A stretch of DNA of 40,009 nt, filler included, from an uncultured virus (IMG/VR IMGVR_UViG_2502082094_000001) (taxonomy: Duplodnaviria; Heunggongvirae; Uroviricota; Caudoviricetes). It is 6 parts of one record of this genome, joined end to end, with 100 filler letters (N's around TTAATTAATTAA, not from the genome) between each part and the next. Parts side by side here need not be neighbours in the genome. Positions count along the whole stretch, not along the records: positions 32,937 to 40,009 come from IMGVR_UViG_2502082094_000001; 5 more parts are not named here. One strand, written 5' to 3'. This document shows positions 35,797-40,009 of the stretch, one piece after another. Made by a program: the position numbers and the translations under genes. A model generated the notes under the pieces. That model did not search any database, had not been told where the DNA came from, and worked only from the letters and a program-made list of their open reading frames with translations. The stretch's first letter is position 1. Each line of letters begins with the position of its first letter.

Positions 35797-36545
35797 GCTA
35801 TCGTCGTCGTCGGCTACTCTCGACAGTCAGCGGCGCGCTCCTCGCTGAAGCCCAGCAACTCCAGCATAGGGGCTCGTTGTAGCGACGTAGGCCGTGAGGG
35901 CGGGAGTGGCGACAGCGTAGAAGTCGTGAATATCGCTGCCGAGAGCGTCTCGGAGGTCGCCTCCCGAGCACGCTAGTTCGTAGGCTCTAGGGTGGTCTCG
36001 GCTATTGAACTCCACGTAGGTAGTGCTCGGCTCGTCGGAGTCCGTCTCGTTGCTATCGTCCTGTGCGTCTGTGGCTTTGTAGGCGGCGAAGTCGGTCATG
36101 GTAGTCACGAGTGCTGTCTGTCAACACTCAATTCGTTATACGACCGTCGAATTAATAAGTCTTTCGCTCTAGGATGCTTTTACACCTTAAATTGTTAATA
36201 CCGCAAAACGTAAAATATTTTTGTTGCTCGCAAAAATTTTTTGCTTTTTTCGCAAAACGCGAATTTTATGAACTGGATAGCCGACCGGCTAACGGACCCC
36301 CCACTAAAATTCGGGTCCATGTTTTTGAAAATAATATCCCCCGTATATCAGGGATCTTACAGGGTCCGTACAGGTATATACACATGGAGATTAGCCGTAA
36401 TATTTATATCATAGAGTCCCAATAGCCAGAACATGAAGTATTTGGAAATCCCAGATGAACTCCACGAGCAGGCAGAAGACGTAATGGAAGAACATGGATA
36501 CAAGACATTCACTGAGTTCGTCAGAGAAGCAATAAGATTCAGAAT
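35797..36545. repeat. variant copy of 14178-14930
   Basis: near-identical to about 36295, diverges, then realigns at the RHH gene. Confidence 0.9.
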
Positions 36546-36576
36546 AATGAGGCTTAAGGAGGATGGTAAAGAATGA
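36433..36576 (+). CDS. RHH regulator, allele of 14815
   Basis: MKYLEIPDELHEQAEDVMEEHGYKTFTEFVREAIRFR. Confidence 0.8.
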   Translation: MKYLEIPDELHEQAEDVMEEHGYKTFTEFVREAIRFRIMRLKEDGKE

Positions 36577-36991
36577 CTGTTATCCAAGGACAACGAGAGT
36601 CAATAGAGCAAGGATTACAAACTTGCTTACTTGAGATCTTAGACAAAATGTATGACAATACAGAGAAAGAACCTGTACGAGAAAAACAAGGCAGAAGCCA
36701 GTTAGAATCTTCAGGATACTATCAGATGGATGTAGCAGTACCAGATGACAATATAGCTATTGAGTGTAAGGGAGTTAAGAATAATATTAAAAGAGGGATA
36801 GGGCAATGTATAGCATATGAGACAGATGGATGGGCAGCATACGTATGCGTCCCAGATGATTATATTAATGAAGATATGCTTAGACGGTGTATGAGGGCTC
36901 AGATAGGGCTTATTGGGGTAACAACAGACTCACTTGACAAAGATCTTACTGAATTTTATGAAATTAATGTGTATCTACAAATAGACACAGA
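36573..36991 (+). CDS. PD-(D/E)xK nuclease-like protein, truncated by a gap
   Basis: MDVAV..IAIECKG..GIGQCIAY. Confidence 0.7.
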
Positions 36992-37011
36992 NNNNNNNNN
37001 NNNNNNNNNNN

Positions 37012-37598
37012 TAAGAATTATAGGACCTATGTTTAGTTCATCTTCAGATACATCAATGAATGAAAGCAGGCTAAAGCAAGACATTATTAATGCTGGAGGA
37101 ATAAACCCTACACACAGTTATCTGGGTAGTAGTATTCTTATTATTGATTTTCTAACTATAGGAGACAACCCACAGAACGAGTTCTCAAGCAGTGTAGAAA
37201 TGAATGAAAACCAACTCATTAAGAGTTGCCTGATCAGATTACCACATATAGACACAAGTAATAAAAGTGTATGGGATGATCTATCTGAAAGCATTGCGAA
37301 AGTAGTTGAGCTTGAAACTGATATAAACCCATATCCTGGGCTGATGAAAACTGAAAGAAGAATGGAAACATTTAATTATGGAGAAGGGGTAATTATAAGA
37401 CCTAATGATGGATACAATAGCTCTGGCGGAGATGTACTGACACCTCATGTTGTGTTTGAGGCTATAGAATCAAACAACGGAACTTTATCTGTGCCTATGA
37501 GTTTTCAAGATCTTCTAAAAATAATTAAGGGGTTAAATATTATGTGGGATTCAAGCTATAGCACTCTTGAAACTGTAAAGAGTTCAGAAGTGATGTGA
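37012..37598 (+). CDS. probable RP-leader protein, start lost in a gap
   Basis: begins RIIGPMFSSS, matching the second half of the leader. Confidence 0.55.
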
Positions 37599-37601
37599 AC
37601 A

Positions 37602-38585
37602 ATGAGAAGACCATTCAAAGACAAGAGACCGATAGGACCGCTGTTTGGTCAAAGCTCTGCTGATACTATACAATCTAGATTAACATCTGGAGTGCGAGAA
37701 GATATAGGTTTTGAAGAGGGTGGGAGCGTTAAAGTGTATTTCCACTCTAGCACCAACATGGATGAGCTAAAGAATGGAGAAATCGCATTGTTTGTCACGT
37801 CTCCGCCATATAATGTAGACTATACTTATGGAAGCATAAACGATGCTAAACCGTATCGAGAGTATATGTCATTACTAGCTAAAGTATTTAGTGAAGCATA
37901 CAATAAGCTAATGCCAGAAGGCCGTCTTTGCGTAAATGTGCCTACTATAGATAAAACAAATGCTGATGCTATGGGAGAGGGTAATATCCCAGTGGCATCT
38001 GACTTGACTAGTATGATGGTAGATGATCCATCGCTGGGAAATAAGTTCAGCACTCCAGAAATAAATGAGCTAAAGCGCACTACCGACTACTCGTTGTTTG
38101 ATCATATAATATGGAATAAGGGCAGATTTGATACCGAAGTAAATCTGGGCAGTCTAGGTATTGGAAGACCATTTAGATTTGAGCATGATATTACTCATGA
38201 GTCTATACTAATCTTCCAAAAGCCAGGTATGCGGAATTTGAGTACTATAGATCAAGATAGACTAAATGCATCTCGCCTGAATAAGGACTGGTGGACTTCA
38301 GGACCTGGATACGAGTTTGACACTAATGCTAAAAGCAATCTTTGGAATATAAGACCATCTAACAAGATAGAAGTCAATGGAGAGAAGGTTCCCACGTTCC
38401 CAGAGGAACTCCCACGGCGACTAATTCAGGGATACTCCTTTGTCGGAGATATAGTAGTTGATCCGTTTGCTGGTGTGGGTACTACGTTGAAAGTGGCTAA
38501 GGACCTTGACCGGCTTTCCGTGGGGTATGAGTTAAGAGAAGATTTGAGACCAGAAATAGAAAAAAGAGTGGGGGAGAGCGTATAG
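37602..38585 (+). CDS. beta-class DNA amino-methyltransferase (N4-C/N6-A) with RP leader
   Basis: MRRPFKDKRPIGPLF; motif IV TSPPY precedes motif I DPFAGVGTT. Confidence 0.92.
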   Translation: MRRPFKDKRPIGPLFGQSSADTIQSRLTSGVREDIGFEEGGSVKVYFHSSTNMDELKNGEIALFVTSPPYNVDYTYGSINDAKPYREYMSLLAKVFSEAYNKLMPEGRLCVNVPTIDKTNADAMGEGNIPVASDLTSMMVDDPSLGNKFSTPEINELKRTTDYSLFDHIIWNKGRFDTEVNLGSLGIGRPFRFEHDITHESILIFQKPGMRNLSTIDQDRLNASRLNKDWWTSGPGYEFDTNAKSNLWNIRPSNKIEVNGEKVPTFPEELPRRLIQGYSFVGDIVVDPFAGVGTTLKVAKDLDRLSVGYELREDLRPEIEKRVGESV

Positions 38586-38699
38586 AGAACACAAAGCNNN
38601 NNNNNNNNNNNNNNNNNGCATTTGATTATATGAAGAGACAGTTAGAATGGAAAATAGCAATATGTGACCTTTATATATGAGGAAAATCAAGTAAGTTAC

Positions 38700-39047
38700 A
38701 TGGAGCGACCACTTGCTGAACTCAGACCGTTCGGGCCAGTGATGTTTAATCAGAATACTATGCCAAGACCAGAGCCTCCTGAGGCTGGAAGGCGTGAAAG
38801 AAGAAGTAAGGAAGAGATAATGGAGTTTATGGATATGGCATATGACCACCCTTGGACAGAGGAATATGCTAGAGAATACTTTAGAGGTTTAGCTAATATG
38901 GATCCAGATAGTAACCCAGAGCACGTTAACTTTATGAAAGTATCAGCTGCTGCTGGTATTATAGGAAGCGACAATCTTGAGTCCCGGCGTAGTCCAAGCG
39001 AAATAGCAGAAATGTACATAGAAGAAAGAAATATAAACGTTCCCTAA
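38700..39047 (+). CDS. RP-leader protein, allele of 19614
   Basis: two amino-acid differences (S/N, I/L). Confidence 0.75.
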   Translation: MERPLAELRPFGPVMFNQNTMPRPEPPEAGRRERRSKEEIMEFMDMAYDHPWTEEYAREYFRGLANMDPDSNPEHVNFMKVSAAAGIIGSDNLESRRSPSEIAEMYIEERNINVP

Positions 39048-39055
39048 TACCTGAC

Positions 39056-39613
39056 TCACATTATCTTTGTAAGGTCAAACTTCTTATGACCTCCAGTTAT
39101 TTCCTCTAGCAACTCATCTGGTATACTGTTAACTAGTATATCATATTTCTGCTTAAACTCTACTCTACTCTCTATATCGTCGTATTCGAGACGCATGTTA
39201 ATCTCATGTCTAGGCTTAACGTCAACATCTTCAGTTATCGACTCAACGCAACCAACATATGTAAGATTGACTCCACCTATAGGGCTATCCATGATACACT
39301 GTTTTACTGTGTTACTCATGTTATATGCCACTAAATATGAGTCGTATCCAAATTTCTGATACGAGATAGCCTGACCTATTCCTTTTAGATGTTGTATTTT
39401 ACCTTTACACTCTATGGCTATATTATGTCTTTCCACTACTACGTCTGCTAAGTATCTTTTCCGGTCTTCACCTACTGGTATCTCGCCAGATTCTATAGCT
39501 TCATCACCATACGTATTACCTAAGATAGATACAATAAACTCTGTAACTTCTTCTTCACCTGTGCCATCTGAATCTGCTACGCTATCCGCTATTTCCGCCG
39601 TCCTAGCTTTCAT
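39056..39613 (-). CDS. PD-(D/E)xK nuclease-like protein
   Basis: LADVVV..IAIECKG..GIGQAISY. Confidence 0.75.
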   Translation of the reverse strand: MKARTAEIADSVADSDGTGEEEVTEFIVSILGNTYGDEAIESGEIPVGEDRKRYLADVVVERHNIAIECKGKIQHLKGIGQAISYQKFGYDSYLVAYNMSNTVKQCIMDSPIGGVNLTYVGCVESITEDVDVKPRHEINMRLEYDDIESRVEFKQKYDILVNSIPDELLEEITGGHKKFDLTKIM

Positions 39614-39737
39614 CTTTAACTCTCTCTACGTGAACCCTAATAGCATCTTTGATGAACTCAGTTTTAGACCCATAGCCCGCTTCTTCGTATATTTCATCAA
39701 TCTCGCCGTCAAGGTACGGTGGTATTTTGGGACGCAT
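39603..39737 (-). CDS. RHH regulator, 44 aa
   Basis: MRPKIPPYLDGEIDEIYEEAGYGSKTEFIKDAIRVHVERVKDES. Confidence 0.7.
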   Translation of the reverse strand: MRPKIPPYLDGEIDEIYEEAGYGSKTEFIKDAIRVHVERVKDES

Positions 39738-39880
39738 ACATGAGCATATATGTGGATTACTATATAAATGTTTCGGTCAAAGTGGCCCCCTATATCGGCA
39801 GCACCCATTCATCGTTACATGACCCCTTGAGGTCGGCGTCGAGAATGCCGCACCTAATATCCAGAACAAGCTCGCCGGAT

Positions 39881-40009
39881 ATTACAGATCTAATTTACAT
39901 TCTGTTCCCACAATTTTATACCACGATACTGCGTACAGGTATATATGGATACTCAAGAGTTTAAAGAAGTAATGGGTAGATTGAGACAGGGTGGAAATGA
40001 TATATTATT
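39881..40009. repeat. copy of 20145-20273
   Basis: same sequence including the MDTQEFK start. Confidence 0.9.

Noticed and set aside
36573..37598. 341-aa nuclease fusion from the ORF track
   Set aside because: It is read through an N-gap; the second half begins with a leader remnant and is probably a separate gene.
35797..40009. True terminal or internal genome duplication
   Set aside because: Copies carry substitutions and different intervening genes and lie on separate gap-bounded contigs; better explained as a co-assembled strain variant.

Overview
This window looks like a gapped draft scaffold of an archaeal virus or virus-like element from a hypersaline habitat. The proteins are acidic, promoters are archaeal BRE/TATA type, TFB-like genes are present and the DNA is fairly AT-rich. 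Contigs are joined by N-runs, five of which carry an artificial TTAATTAATTAA linker, and several genes carry probable homopolymer frameshift errors. The left arm (1-14.5 kb, minus strand) is an early/replication module: a UvrD-type helicase, a SprT-like protease, a GHKL ATPase, two single-repeat TFB-like proteins and many small or Zn-finger proteins. A divergent A-tract region lies at 14.5-14.8 kb. The right arm holds a variable island, a cis-prenyltransferase, a membrane-anchored Cys-protease-like protein, four paralogous Ig/PKD proteins, AbrB and RHH regulators, a tandem pair of helical capsid candidates and a tyrosine recombinase fragment. Most of 35.8-40 kb appears to be a second strain's version of the 14-20 kb region. 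No terminase, portal or HK97 capsid gene was recognised. Main discoveries: (1) ten copies of a covarying three-hairpin element, plus three mini-tRNA elements and a third repeat type, punctuate the early arm just 5' of start codons; (2) a conserved N-terminal leader MxRP[FLI]xxxRP[FIV]GP is fused to unrelated cargo proteins, including a DNA methyltransferase, mostly in the hypervariable island; (3) a second N-terminal tag, M[GS]LE[ED]F, is shared by six early proteins. All functional interpretations are inferences from reading the sequence; no database search was run.
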